Source of the DNA: Elusimicrobiota bacterium
Lineage (GTDB): Bacteria > Elusimicrobiota > Elusimicrobia > Elusimicrobiales > UBA9959
Direction of reading: 5' to 3'
Length of the DNA: 64,000 nt
Assembly: GCA_029267355.1 (NCBI GenBank)
Contig: JAJUJA010000001.1
Location: 51,099-115,098, forward strand
In this document: positions 34,045 to 43,518 of the stretch, one piece after another
Position numbering within the stretch: the stretch's first letter is position 1
Layout: the number at the start of each line of letters is the position of its first letter
Translations under genes and position numbers: made by a program
The notes under the pieces: generated by a model
Told to the model about the DNA's origin: nothing
Databases searched by the model: none
What the model saw: only the letters and a program-made list of their open reading frames with translations

Positions 34045-36088
34045 TTATCTGCCCCGCTATCTTAACCTTTACATCAGGATTTATCTCCTCATATGAAATA
34101 AAAGAAACTCCCGGCAGGGCTTTTTCCATTATTTTCCTCAAAGGATATCTGAGCGTTGAGGAGCATGTTACAACTGCCGGTTCAGGAAGCTTTTCTTTAA
34201 CTTTCTCGGCTATGGCCTCCGCTATCCTGTTCATTTCCGAAGGAGGTATGGTTATAAAGTATCCCCCTTCATTTTTCTTCAGATTTGACAGAAGCTTCTG
34301 TTCAAGCTCCGAGGAAAGGGAAAAGATCTCAAGTACCTTTTCTGAATTCAAGTTCTTTTCAGTTATTATTCTGTAGAGAGACTTTCTTGCGGCCTCTGAC
34401 AAAGATACGCTGTCTTTTGATATTCTAGCCTGGTCGGCGAAGGCCTCAAGTATTGTAGGAAGGTTTTTGAGAGATATGTTCTCCTTAAGAAGCTGCTGCA
34501 AACCTCTGTGTATTTCCCCTATTGATAAAAGATTCGGAGTCAATTCTTCTATGACGGCTTTATGCCTTTTTTTGACATTATCAAGCATAAATGAAACATT
34601 TTCTCTGGTCAAAAGCTCGGCCGAATATTTCTTCAAAATTTCGGTTACATGAGTCACTAAAACAGATGAAGCTTCAACGACCGTGTATCCTTTCCTTTCA
34701 AATAAATCCCTTTCTGCTTTGTTTATCCATATTGAAGGCAGCCCGAAAACTGGATCAAGCGCATTTTCCTCCCTGTTTTCAACCTTTCGCGCCGAACCTG
34801 AATTTATAGCCAGAACCATTGCGGGTTCAAGCCTCCCCTGGGCCACCTGAGATGAACAGATATTTATTCTGTAGGAATTGGCAGGCAAAGAAGAAGAATC
34901 TTTCAGATGTATGAGAGGAAAAGGGACTCCAAGCTCCCTGGATACAGATAATCTGGCTTTCTCAACCTTGTCTATCAGCGAATTCTCCTTTTCAGACAGC
35001 ATTGAAAGAAGACCGTAACCTATCTCAACCTCTATAAGATCTCCGTCATAAAATAATTCCTCTTTTGCGCTTTCTTTCTTTTCCTTTTTCTCTTCTTTCT
35101 TTTCAGTCTCGGCAGTAACACTTTTTCCTTTTAACTTAAAGGCCAGAAATAAGCTCACAATGGAAAGCGAAAGCAGAACTATTTTGGGAGTGCCGGGCAG
35201 AAAGGCGCATAAAAGGCCGGCTGCCGATATAAAAAACATAGCCTCTTTCTTTATGAATATCTGCGAATACATTTCGCTGGCCAGATCCTTGCCGGATGTT
35301 GCCCTGCTTACAAGTATGCCGGCGCTTATTGAGGTCAAAAGGGAGGAAAGCTGGGCCAGCAAGCCCATTCCAACGCTTATCCTTGAATACTTTTCAAAAG
35401 CCTGAACAAAATCCAGTCCGCCCTTGAAAACTCCCAGCACGGTACCGCCTATAAGGTTTATTACTATAATTATTATGGCAGCCAGAGCGTCCCCTCTTAT
35501 AAATTTGGAGGCGCCGTCCATGGCTCCGTAAAAGTCAGCTTCATCTTCTACCGCCCTTCTTCTCTTTTTGGCTTCCTGCTCGTCTATAAGGCCTGAATTC
35601 AGATCTGCATCTATTGACATTTGCTTGCCCGGCATAGCATCCAGAGTGAATCTTGCGGTCACCTCTGATATTCTGGTAGTGCCGCCGGTTATGACTATAT
35701 ACTGCACCGTGAGTATTATCGCAAAAACCGCCAGTCCGATTATTGAATTATTGCCGAGAAAAAATGAGCCGACGGCTTCAACAAGCTTTCCGCTGCCGCC
35801 AGATACCAGAATGCTTCTGGTTGCAGATACTATCAAAACTAGCCTTATTACCGAAGAAATCAGCAGAACTGAAGGGAATGAAGAAAATTCCATGGACTGG
35901 TTTATCATTCCCGACATGAACAGAACGAGAAGAGAAAACAGTATCAAGGACATGAACAGAAAATCCAGTCCCCATGAAGGCAGCGGCGTTACAAGCAGCA
36001 AGACTATAAAAAGCCCGAAAAGGCCTATGGCTATTTCCCCGCCGCTTAAAGAGAAATTATTTTTAAAATCAGGCGCCGTGTTTTTCAT
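34037..36088 (-). CDS. flhA: Flagellar export apparatus protein FlhA
   Basis: 683 aa with an N-terminal polytopic domain. It has FIRGDALAAIIIIVINLIGG and a cytoplasmic C-terminal domain. Confidence 0.95.
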   Translation of the reverse strand: MKNTAPDFKNNFSLSGGEIAIGLFGLFIVLLLVTPLPSWGLDFLFMSLILFSLLVLFMSGMINQSMEFSSFPSVLLISSVIRLVLIVSATRSILVSGGSGKLVEAVGSFFLGNNSIIGLAVFAIILTVQYIVITGGTTRISEVTARFTLDAMPGKQMSIDADLNSGLIDEQEAKKRRRAVEDEADFYGAMDGASKFIRGDALAAIIIIVINLIGGTVLGVFKGGLDFVQAFEKYSRISVGMGLLAQLSSLLTSISAGILVSRATSGKDLASEMYSQIFIKKEAMFFISAAGLLCAFLPGTPKIVLLSLSIVSLFLAFKLKGKSVTAETEKKEEKKEKKESAKEELFYDGDLIEVEIGYGLLSMLSEKENSLIDKVEKARLSVSRELGVPFPLIHLKDSSSLPANSYRINICSSQVAQGRLEPAMVLAINSGSARKVENREENALDPVFGLPSIWINKAERDLFERKGYTVVEASSVLVTHVTEILKKYSAELLTRENVSFMLDNVKKRHKAVIEELTPNLLSIGEIHRGLQQLLKENISLKNLPTILEAFADQARISKDSVSLSEAARKSLYRIITEKNLNSEKVLEIFSLSSELEQKLLSNLKKNEGGYFITIPPSEMNRIAEAIAEKVKEKLPEPAVVTCSSTLRYPLRKIMEKALPGVSFISYEEINPDVKVKIAGQING

Positions 36089-36863
36089 TCTTCTCCTTTG
36101 AAGCTGTTTTTTCCTGTTTTAAATCTTTTCCGCTTTCCGCTTTTTTCAATGGACTGAATTTTTCCCTTAATACTATTATCTCCACTCTCCTGTTCTTTTC
36201 CCTGCCGGACTCTGTGGCATTTGTGTCAACAGGCATAGTATCTGCATAGGCCGCTATCATAAATTTTCTGGAATCCATATTCTTTTTCCTTATCAGATAC
36301 TCCGAGGTTTTAACGGCCCTTCCAAGCGACAGATGCCAGTTTGAGGGATATAAATAATTTGAAATAGGGACATTGTCGGTATGTCCGCTGACCTTTATTT
36401 TATTATCCACCTTTGCCAGATACTTGCATACTCTATCCAGCACTTCTATAGCCCCTTCCTTAAAATCCGTTTTACCGCTGTCAAAGAGAAGCTTTTCCTG
36501 AAGATTTATAACAAGGCCTTCTTCGCTCAGGGATGCGCTCAGCCCGTGGCCGTTTTTTTCATCCTTTTCTATTTCCTCTTTAAGCTTTTCAAGGGCCTCA
36601 TCCTTGCAAATTTTTTCCTCCTTGCCTTCTCCTTCACCGAGCAGAACTGCAAATTCCTTTGAATTTCCCGGCTTATCATCTTTTTCCTGAGGATTTAAAA
36701 CCTTTACCATTGCTTTCATTGCCTTCCTGAATTTTTCAGTATCCTGCTGGGCAGTGGAGTAAAGCACGACGAAAAGTCCCAGAAGAAGCGTTATCAAATC
36801 GGCATAAGTTAAAAGCCATCTCTCGGAATTTTCGTGCTCTTCGTGTTTCTGTTTTTTTTTCAT
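36069..36863 (-). CDS. motB: Flagellar stator protein MotB
   Basis: ERWLLTYADLITLLLGLFVVLYS (TM helix with the conserved Asp) and an OmpA-like C-terminus (GHTDNVPI...NWHLSLGRA...NRRVEI). Confidence 0.9.
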   Translation of the reverse strand: MKKKQKHEEHENSERWLLTYADLITLLLGLFVVLYSTAQQDTEKFRKAMKAMVKVLNPQEKDDKPGNSKEFAVLLGEGEGKEEKICKDEALEKLKEEIEKDEKNGHGLSASLSEEGLVINLQEKLLFDSGKTDFKEGAIEVLDRVCKYLAKVDNKIKVSGHTDNVPISNYLYPSNWHLSLGRAVKTSEYLIRKKNMDSRKFMIAAYADTMPVDTNATESGREKNRRVEIIVLREKFSPLKKAESGKDLKQEKTASKEKNEKHGA

Positions 36864-37664
36864 TTAAGCGCTCACCGCCGTTCTCTGTTTCTTGCCTGCC
36901 GCGCCTGCATCCTGCAGCGATATAGGCAGCATAGAGGTCAATTTTGCCCTTAAAAGTCTCGGAGAATAGCCCTCGCCTATGGCACTTATCCCTTCTATAA
37001 CTATGTAATATATCAGCATTTCTTCCTGATGCTTGTTTTTAAGCTTGTCGGCTATGGGCAGAAACAGCACATTGGCCAAAAGCACGCCCCAGAAAGTGGC
37101 GATGAAAGCGGCCGCTATGGAATGCACAAGCTTTTCAGGATCTCCGCCGGCATGCGAAAAGGTGCTTATAAGACCCATTACCGTGCCTATAACGCCCATA
37201 GTCGGCGAATAGCCGCCCATTTTATTGAATATTCCGGCACCGAAGGCATGCCTTTCGGCTATATTCTCCATTTCCATTTCAGCCATCTGCTCCATAAGTT
37301 TGGGGTCAGTTCCGTTTATAAACATCTTCATATACTTCTTTGCAAAATTAAGTTTCATCTTTTCCGCGTCTTTCTGCAGGGCAAGCAGACCTTCTCTTCT
37401 GGCTTTTTCACAGGCCATCACCAGCTCATTTATCACCTGCTCAGGTTCCACCTTGGGGTCAAAAATCGCCTTCATAGCCACTTTCCAGGCGTCCAAAAAT
37501 TTTTTGAAAGGCAGGCCTATCATGGTGGCTGATATTGTTCCGCCGAATATTATCAGCATAGCCGGTCCCTGTATCAAAGCGCCTATGGCTCCTCCTTCCC
37601 ACAAAAAAGAGCCGACTATACAGACAGCTGCCAGCACTAAACCGCCGATAAGAGCTATATCCAT
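36864..37664 (-). CDS. motA: Flagellar stator protein MotA
   Basis: Four TM helices, with PTMGVIGTVMGLI and AAAFIATFWGVLLANVLFLPIADKL. The ATG at 37664 follows GGAGGT. The longer ORF-track start overlaps the promoter. Confidence 0.9.
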   Translation of the reverse strand: MDIALIGGLVLAAVCIVGSFLWEGGAIGALIQGPAMLIIFGGTISATMIGLPFKKFLDAWKVAMKAIFDPKVEPEQVINELVMACEKARREGLLALQKDAEKMKLNFAKKYMKMFINGTDPKLMEQMAEMEMENIAERHAFGAGIFNKMGGYSPTMGVIGTVMGLISTFSHAGGDPEKLVHSIAAAFIATFWGVLLANVLFLPIADKLKNKHQEEMLIYYIVIEGISAIGEGYSPRLLRAKLTSMLPISLQDAGAAGKKQRTAVSA

Positions 37665-37680
37665 TTTACCTCCTGAACAA

Positions 37681-37709
37681 AATATACAAAAATTACAAAA
37701 GTTTGTCAA
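37681..37709 (-). promoter_or_regulatory. Sigma-70-type promoter for motAB
   Basis: On the minus strand: TTGACA-N17-TATATT, 16 nt upstream of the ATG (the GGAGGT SD lies 7 nt after the -10). Confidence 0.55.
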
Positions 37710-37727
37710 GTTAGTAAAACTACAAAC

Positions 37728-38744
37728 TCAAAAAATATTGTTTTTTTTGCGCTTTTCTATGTAGGAAAGTTTAAAAGAATAGCCGTTTGAGTCATAAACA
37801 ACAGCTTCTTCCACTGTCTTAAATCCGGCTGAAGAAAAAGAGCCGCTTTTTTCCTTCATGGCCTTTTTGGCTTCATACTCGGACATATACTCAGAGGCGT
37901 CGTCAAAGCGGGATATTTTCATAACTTCGCATCTTTTAATATCGCATTTGTTTCTAGCCGCATAGTATATTCTGAATGAATATCCTGAATCTTTATCGCA
38001 TGTTTCAAAATAAAAAGGATATAACCCGTATTCTTTCATCCTTAAGAAAGTCTCTTTCGCGGCTTTGAAGGCGTCTTTCTCAAACCTGTAAAAAGATATG
38101 CTTTCGTAAACATCTTCAATAAAAAAAGGCTCCTTTTTTACTTCTTCAGACGGATAGAGATAATCCATGAAGAAAACATTTTCCTCATCAGGATAATCCG
38201 AGACGCCCAAAAATGGAATTTTGTAAATCTTATTTTTTTCCGCCAGAGCGTCCTTTATATGCTCCCTGTCAGCAGAATAATGGTACTTAAAATACTCTCT
38301 TTTAACCTGAGCCTTTACTTTTCCGCCGCGGCAAAATATGCCGTAGGGGACGGCATACTTTACGGTTACTTTTTCCTGAAAAGGGTCATAATCGCTGAAA
38401 AGAATTTTTATTCCCGCAGACCCCATAGATGAATTTATAAGGGATTCATAATAAGGTCCTTCCCCCCTGTTTTTCAATACGGCCTCAAAAGTCCTGATTT
38501 CAAATGACTTGTCTTTTTTCATGCCGGCATACTCAAAGACAAAATAAAAATCTCCGTCTTTCTCTCTTATGCTGTAGCTTAAAGCGTCCGGAAAAGGCAA
38601 AATTGAGACAGCTTCTCTGCGCGCCTCATCGGCAAACCTGTAATATGACGGACTTTCATAGGAGCTTATCTCCGGTTCCGGGCACTCATAGGCCTGCGGC
38701 CCCCATGCCCATAAATCCAGGATAAGAGCCCAGACAAGCATCAT
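37728..38744 (-). CDS. Five-repeat protein, paralog of 2131-3246 (uncharacterised family)
   Basis: The same repeat signature recurs: YYRFADEARRE...DGDFYFVFEY, FYRFEKDAFKA...DSGYSFRIYY, YMSEYEAKKA...SNGYSFKLSY. It has a short hydrophobic N-terminus. Confidence 0.7.
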   Translation of the reverse strand: MMLVWALILDLWAWGPQAYECPEPEISSYESPSYYRFADEARREAVSILPFPDALSYSIREKDGDFYFVFEYAGMKKDKSFEIRTFEAVLKNRGEGPYYESLINSSMGSAGIKILFSDYDPFQEKVTVKYAVPYGIFCRGGKVKAQVKREYFKYHYSADREHIKDALAEKNKIYKIPFLGVSDYPDEENVFFMDYLYPSEEVKKEPFFIEDVYESISFYRFEKDAFKAAKETFLRMKEYGLYPFYFETCDKDSGYSFRIYYAARNKCDIKRCEVMKISRFDDASEYMSEYEAKKAMKEKSGSFSSAGFKTVEEAVVYDSNGYSFKLSYIEKRKKNNIF

Positions 38745-38756
38745 AATCCCCCCGTC

Positions 38757-39896
38757 TTAAAACGGCACAATAAAATCGGCTAAAAGTATTTTCTCGTTTT
38801 GTTTTTCATGTCCTATCGGCATTGAGTTAATATAGGCCAAATATACGCAAAGCGTTTTTGACGGCCTTAAATAGGAATGTATTCTCAGAGATTTTATGCC
38901 TGTTGAGCCGCCGAATACCGCTACATCAGGATAAGAATCCAGCCAGGAATCGCTTTCGATTCTTCTATAATTGAATCCCAGGGAATGAGATATATCTCTT
39001 TTATCCTTAAAGCTTATATCGCTTCCGTATATGTAAGCCTGTTTTTTTGAAGAGACTGCGCTGTTAAAGGCATAAGAGCCGTATAGATCGGACGAGTACC
39101 TTCCGTATATCTTCATTTTATATGAAATATCCAGATTAAAAACATCATAATCATACTTATAGACGCCAAGTGAAGAGCTGTTGGAAAGCAGATAGCCGGA
39201 AGGGCGGCCGGAAACGGACGATGTAGAGCTGCCTTTTATATAGGCGAAATCGTAATATGTCACGGCCATATTGAGATCTTTGCTTTTATTGGAAAATTTT
39301 ATCTGGCTTAATGTGTAATATGCGTCCTTTTTGGACGAAGCGGTTTCATTGATCAGAAAAACTCCCAAATTAAAGCTCAAGAGGCCCCGGCTCATTTCAA
39401 GCTGGGCGCCTTCAGGATTTATGTCAGTATCCCATAAATATGAATTTGACTTCCAATGCGAATTCTTTATTTTCCCGGCCGTTAACTTTATCGTCTCAGT
39501 ATTGCCGTAAGAAACGCCGGCCATTGAAAGACTTATATTTTTATTTGAAAAATTTCCGGATGCATTTTCAAAATTGCTTCTTGGATTTAATTTATCTCCG
39601 CTGGCCAGGCCGAAAAAAACTTCAGAATTTTTGGAGATTTTTTTTGAGAACTCGCTTTTTACCTGAAAAAGAACTCTGTTTCTGGGCAAAGTAAAGGCGT
39701 CATTGTCCAGATAATAATATCTGAAAGTAACCGAGCCGCTTATATTGACCTTCTCTTTGTCTTTTTTATCCGAAAGATAATCGGAATAGTCCCTTGCGTC
39801 TATCACGCCTTTTTTGATTAGGTAATTCTCCAAAGCATTATCCGCCCCTAAGGCCAGAGAAGAGAATAAAAAAACGATTATAAAAGGCATTTTCAT
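38757..39896 (-). CDS. Outer-membrane beta-barrel, putative porin family
   Basis: Signal peptide, alternating beta-strand pattern, YLWDTDINPEGAQLE, and a C-terminal aromatic residue (...ADFIVPF). Confidence 0.65.
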   Translation of the reverse strand: MKMPFIIVFLFSSLALGADNALENYLIKKGVIDARDYSDYLSDKKDKEKVNISGSVTFRYYYLDNDAFTLPRNRVLFQVKSEFSKKISKNSEVFFGLASGDKLNPRSNFENASGNFSNKNISLSMAGVSYGNTETIKLTAGKIKNSHWKSNSYLWDTDINPEGAQLEMSRGLLSFNLGVFLINETASSKKDAYYTLSQIKFSNKSKDLNMAVTYYDFAYIKGSSTSSVSGRPSGYLLSNSSSLGVYKYDYDVFNLDISYKMKIYGRYSSDLYGSYAFNSAVSSKKQAYIYGSDISFKDKRDISHSLGFNYRRIESDSWLDSYPDVAVFGGSTGIKSLRIHSYLRPSKTLCVYLAYINSMPIGHEKQNEKILLADFIVPF

Positions 39897-39904
39897 CTTT
39901 CCTC

Positions 39905-40939
39905 CTAAACTTTCAATTCCTTGAACATATTTTTCAATTTCGCACCTATATCTTCCAGGGACAATACGTCTTGTGCGGCGCCCATCTTTATTGCCTCCTT
40001 GGGCATTCCAAAAACTAGAGAGCTTTTCTCATCCTGCGCTATTGTGTATCCGCCTGATTTCCTTATTTCAAGCATGCCGGCAGCGCCGTCTGCGCCCATG
40101 CCGGTCAGAAGCACCGCAACGGCATTTTCCCTGACATTTTTGGCCACGGACCTGAATAAAGGGTCAACTGCCGGCCTTTGATAGTGCTCCTGCGGACCGT
40201 CTTTTATCCTTATCACATAATTCGCTCCGCTTCTTTCTATGACCATATGCTTGTTTCCGGGAGCAATGAAAACGCAGCCGCCAACCACGAGATCCTTGTC
40301 AGAAGCTTCCTTCACCTGCATAAAACATATTTCGTTTAATCTTTTTGCGAAAGATGAGGTAAAACCTTCAGGCATATGCTGAACTACTGCTATGCCCGGC
40401 ATTGATGCCGGCAGAGAGCTTAACAATTTTTCCAAAGCCACGGTACCGCCCGTGGAAGCGCCTATAGCTATGACCTTTCTTGTCGTGGAAAATTTTATTT
40501 CGCCTTTTTCTTTTTTGTCTATAAGCTTATTTTCAACCGGGCCGCTGAATTTGACCATTGAAGCCCTTCTTATAGCCATTATAAGATCTCTGTTAACCAC
40601 ATCATTTGTGGAATAAGAGGAGGGCTTTCCCACAACCTCTACCGCTCCAAGCTCCAGGGCTTTCAAAGCTGTCTCATTTCTGCCCACAGTAAGAGAACTG
40701 AAAACCACAACAGGTTTGGGATAATATTTCATCAGTTTGGACAGAAAGGTCAGCCCGTCCATTCTCGGCATTTCAAGATCCAGAACTATCACATCGGGAT
40801 TGTCGGACAATATTTTATCTCTGGCAAAGTAAGGATCCATTGCTGAACCAATTATGGATATATCCTTGTGCCTGCCCAGTTCCTCCGTCAAAATCTTTCT
40901 GATAAGGGCGGAGTCATCCACTATCAAAACCTTGATCAT
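39905..40939 (-). CDS. cheB: Chemotaxis response regulator protein-glutamate methylesterase CheB
   Basis: Receiver domain (VLIVDDS...LDLEMPRMDG) plus a methylesterase domain (IGASTGG, VQHMP, GMGADGAAG). Confidence 0.95.
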   Translation of the reverse strand: MIKVLIVDDSALIRKILTEELGRHKDISIIGSAMDPYFARDKILSDNPDVIVLDLEMPRMDGLTFLSKLMKYYPKPVVVFSSLTVGRNETALKALELGAVEVVGKPSSYSTNDVVNRDLIMAIRRASMVKFSGPVENKLIDKKEKGEIKFSTTRKVIAIGASTGGTVALEKLLSSLPASMPGIAVVQHMPEGFTSSFAKRLNEICFMQVKEASDKDLVVGGCVFIAPGNKHMVIERSGANYVIRIKDGPQEHYQRPAVDPLFRSVAKNVRENAVAVLLTGMGADGAAGMLEIRKSGGYTIAQDEKSSLVFGMPKEAIKMGAAQDVLSLEDIGAKLKNMFKELKV

Positions 40940-40942
40940 AGT

Positions 40943-41359
40943 TCAGTTCAATCCTTTTGATTTAAAAAAATCCGAATATTTTTTATCAACTCCCATAATA
41001 TGCTTAAAAATCCAGTCGCTTAGGAAAATCATAATTTCAGAAGACAGTCCGACACCTGAACTGTTGTATTTTTCCACAAAAGCCTTAACCTTCAGTTTGA
41101 AATTTTCATGCTCGCTCCTGTGCGCCTGGCTGTCGGGATAATTATACTTGCTGAAATATGCCTCTTCGGTGTTGAAATGATAATCAGTGTATCGGACCAG
41201 TTCTGATAATGTCGGGCCTATTACCTCTTTCCCTTTTCCCTTCATCATAAACTCATTGAGCTGATTTATTGCGGAAATCAGCTTTTTATGCTGTTCATCT
41301 ATCGTTTTTATACCGACAGAAAGATTGTCGCTCCACTTCATCAATTCAGTTTTTATCAT
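40943..41359 (-). CDS. Bacteriohemerythrin-like protein
   Basis: WSDNLSVGIKTIDEQHKKL, YHFNTEE, AHRSEH and KHIMGVD supply the His/Glu/Asp di-iron ligand pattern. Confidence 0.85.
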   Translation of the reverse strand: MIKTELMKWSDNLSVGIKTIDEQHKKLISAINQLNEFMMKGKGKEVIGPTLSELVRYTDYHFNTEEAYFSKYNYPDSQAHRSEHENFKLKVKAFVEKYNSSGVGLSSEIMIFLSDWIFKHIMGVDKKYSDFFKSKGLN

Positions 41360-41368
41360 AATATCCTC

Positions 41369-41794
41369 CTAATTTTTAAAAAGCTTGAATCTGACTCTTC
41401 CCTCAATAAAGAAGATCTCATTTTCACAGCAAAAGCTGTTATGCTCGATTTTGTCCACTTTCTCCGGAGATTTGAGATTATAAACGGTTTTTTTTGAAAA
41501 AAATTCCGGCAGCAGATTGCCGCATACGATATTTAAAAGCTCTTTAGCCGAATCATCCATCGTTATCATATGCTCGCTTTCAAGATTTGATGTCATATTC
41601 TCATGTATGCTTTTAAGCAGATTATCACCTATTGTCATATAAAGACAGCCGCTTGAAACGCTGTCAAAGCAGATCCTGAAACTGTGCCATATATTTTCCT
41701 GTAAAGATTCCTCCTCCTTTGCCGGCATCACAAAGGAAGTCCCCTGAAATATAGCTGAAACCAGAAAAAACATTTTTTCTTTTAAGCTATCCAT
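41369..41794 (-). CDS. CheX/CheC-like chemotaxis phosphatase-like protein (divergent)
   Basis: DDSAKELLNIVCGNLLPEF resembles the CheX/CheC ExxN helix. It sits within the che operon. Confidence 0.5.
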   Translation of the reverse strand: MDSLKEKMFFLVSAIFQGTSFVMPAKEEESLQENIWHSFRICFDSVSSGCLYMTIGDNLLKSIHENMTSNLESEHMITMDDSAKELLNIVCGNLLPEFFSKKTVYNLKSPEKVDKIEHNSFCCENEIFFIEGRVRFKLFKN

Positions 41795-42170
41795 TTTTTG
41801 CTCCTGTCACTTCAAGTATTTTATTTCCGATGAACTCCGGAGTGAAGGGCTTATGAACGAAACCAGAAGTCTTTTTCTCAAGGATTTCTATTCTACTCTC
41901 GCTGCTTTCTGTTGAAACTACCAGAACTGGAATATCCTTGAGATAATCATCGCCTCTCATCCTGTCTATCATCTCCTCTCCGTTCATCACAGGCATATTT
42001 ATGTCGGCCAAAACCAGATCTATCCAGTTATTCTTCATTATTTCCAGCCCCTCATGCCCGTTTGAGGCCTGAAAAAAAACATTTTCGCCGAGATCCGACA
42101 TTTTTATGGTTTTGATTATCATGGCCCTCATAACAGGGCTATCATCAACTATCAGGATATTCAATTTCAT
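41787..42170 (-). CDS. cheY: CheY-like single-domain response regulator
   Basis: ILIVDDSPVMR...ADINMPVMNG...HKPF. Confidence 0.85.
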   Translation of the reverse strand: MKLNILIVDDSPVMRAMIIKTIKMSDLGENVFFQASNGHEGLEIMKNNWIDLVLADINMPVMNGEEMIDRMRGDDYLKDIPVLVVSTESSESRIEILEKKTSGFVHKPFTPEFIGNKILEVTGAKNG

Positions 42171-42181
42171 ACTTTCCTCTT

Positions 42182-42697
42182 TTATGAAAAAGAATTTACG
42201 CCTTCATTCAAGCCTGCAAAAAGTTTTTTCTCAATGCCGTTCATTTTAATTGTCACTTCGCCGTTTCCCAGATTTAACACCATTGTCCTGGCTTCATAGC
42301 CGCCGAAATCGCTTCCCTTAAGGGAAATGGAACTGCTCCAAAGAATTTTTCTCAATATGGTGATATTTCTCATGCCTATTTTAAAAAAATCCTCTTTTTC
42401 TCTGGCATTCGGGCTTGAACCGCCGGCGGCGCATATTATCAATTTTCTCTTTTCAGATTCACTTTGGCATAATTTTGAAAATAAAGCGTTAAGGCCGCTG
42501 TCAACGAACATAAATGGATTTTCAGCCGATTTATCCTTGTATTCAGCTGCGCTTGGAAGCATGGCATGAAGCATGGCGCCCCTTTTTAAAATAGGATTGT
42601 AAGCGCTTATCCCGACGCAGCTGCCGAGCGCATAGGTTATAAGGGCCTCATCACTCAAATTGCCGAATTTCAAATCGCCCACGCCCACGGTTATCAT
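42182..42697 (-). CDS. cheD: Chemoreceptor glutamine deamidase CheD
   Basis: ALGSCVGISAY, AMLHAMLP, ICAAGGS. Confidence 0.9.
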   Translation of the reverse strand: MITVGVGDLKFGNLSDEALITYALGSCVGISAYNPILKRGAMLHAMLPSAAEYKDKSAENPFMFVDSGLNALFSKLCQSESEKRKLIICAAGGSSPNAREKEDFFKIGMRNITILRKILWSSSISLKGSDFGGYEARTMVLNLGNGEVTIKMNGIEKKLFAGLNEGVNSFS

Positions 42698-43518
42698 CTG
42701 TTCTCCTTTCTGTATACGGCGGGCATTATATAGGCGTATCTGTGTCTTAGCGAATTGAGGCTTTCCGAGTGTCCGGTAAAGAGATATCCTCCGGGGGCCA
42801 GAAGATCATAAAATCTGTTTATCAAGATCTCCTGAGTCGCCTTGTCAAAATAAATCATCACATTTCTGCAGAATATTATGTCAAAAGGGCCCCTCATAGG
42901 CCAGCTGTCCATAAGATTGAGCCTTGCAAAGCTTATGTATTTCTTTATCCCTTCGTCTATTCTGTAAGTCCTGTTCTTGGCATCTGCAAGCGAGAAATAT
43001 TTCAAATAATCTCCGGGAACTCCTTCCAGCTCTTTTTCATCATAAATTCCATCTCTGGCTTTATCAAGCATTCTTGCGGATATATCAGTGGCCAGTATTC
43101 TTTTGTTTATCTCTTTTTTAAGTCTTTCATTAAGGTCCATCGCTATGCTGTAAGGCTCTTCTCCGCTTGAACAGCCGGCGCTCCACAGCGTAAGACTGTT
43201 TTTATTCAAGAACGGGTATATATTCTTTCTCATGAAATCAAAATGCGCAAATTCCCTGAAAAAATCAGTTTTATTGGTGGTCAGTATATCTATCAGGATT
43301 GAAAGCTCTTTTCTGTCATTTTTGAACCTGTTTATATAATCGCCGAATGAATTTATATCAAGCTCATTCATTCTTTTTAAAAGCCTGCCTTTAACCACTT
43401 CCTTTTTGCCCTGAGTAAAGGCTATGCCGCAAATGGAATATGCTATATCCGTTATTTCCTTATATTCTTTATCTGTGAACTCAGAACGCTCGCAAATATT
43501 GCCTGTGATGGTTTTCAT
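42694..43518 (-). CDS. cheR: Chemotaxis protein methyltransferase CheR
   Basis: TTNKTDFFRE, LWSAGCSSGEEPYSIAM, IFCRNVMIYF. Confidence 0.95.
   Translation of the reverse strand: MKTITGNICERSEFTDKEYKEITDIAYSICGIAFTQGKKEVVKGRLLKRMNELDINSFGDYINRFKNDRKELSILIDILTTNKTDFFREFAHFDFMRKNIYPFLNKNSLTLWSAGCSSGEEPYSIAMDLNERLKKEINKRILATDISARMLDKARDGIYDEKELEGVPGDYLKYFSLADAKNRTYRIDEGIKKYISFARLNLMDSWPMRGPFDIIFCRNVMIYFDKATQEILINRFYDLLAPGGYLFTGHSESLNSLRHRYAYIMPAVYRKENR

Noticed and set aside
35568-36101. A 177-aa plus-strand ORF antisense to flhA. Similar long antisense ORFs occur at 37225-37764 (motA), 59690-60337 (fliI), 25593-25973 (RND), 45804-46199 (mcp) and 28383-28844 (receiver/flhB).
   Set aside because: Each lies entirely inside a strongly supported gene on the other strand. 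They have low-complexity Ser/Leu/Phe-rich translations, no SD and no recognisable motifs. These are typical shadow ORFs.
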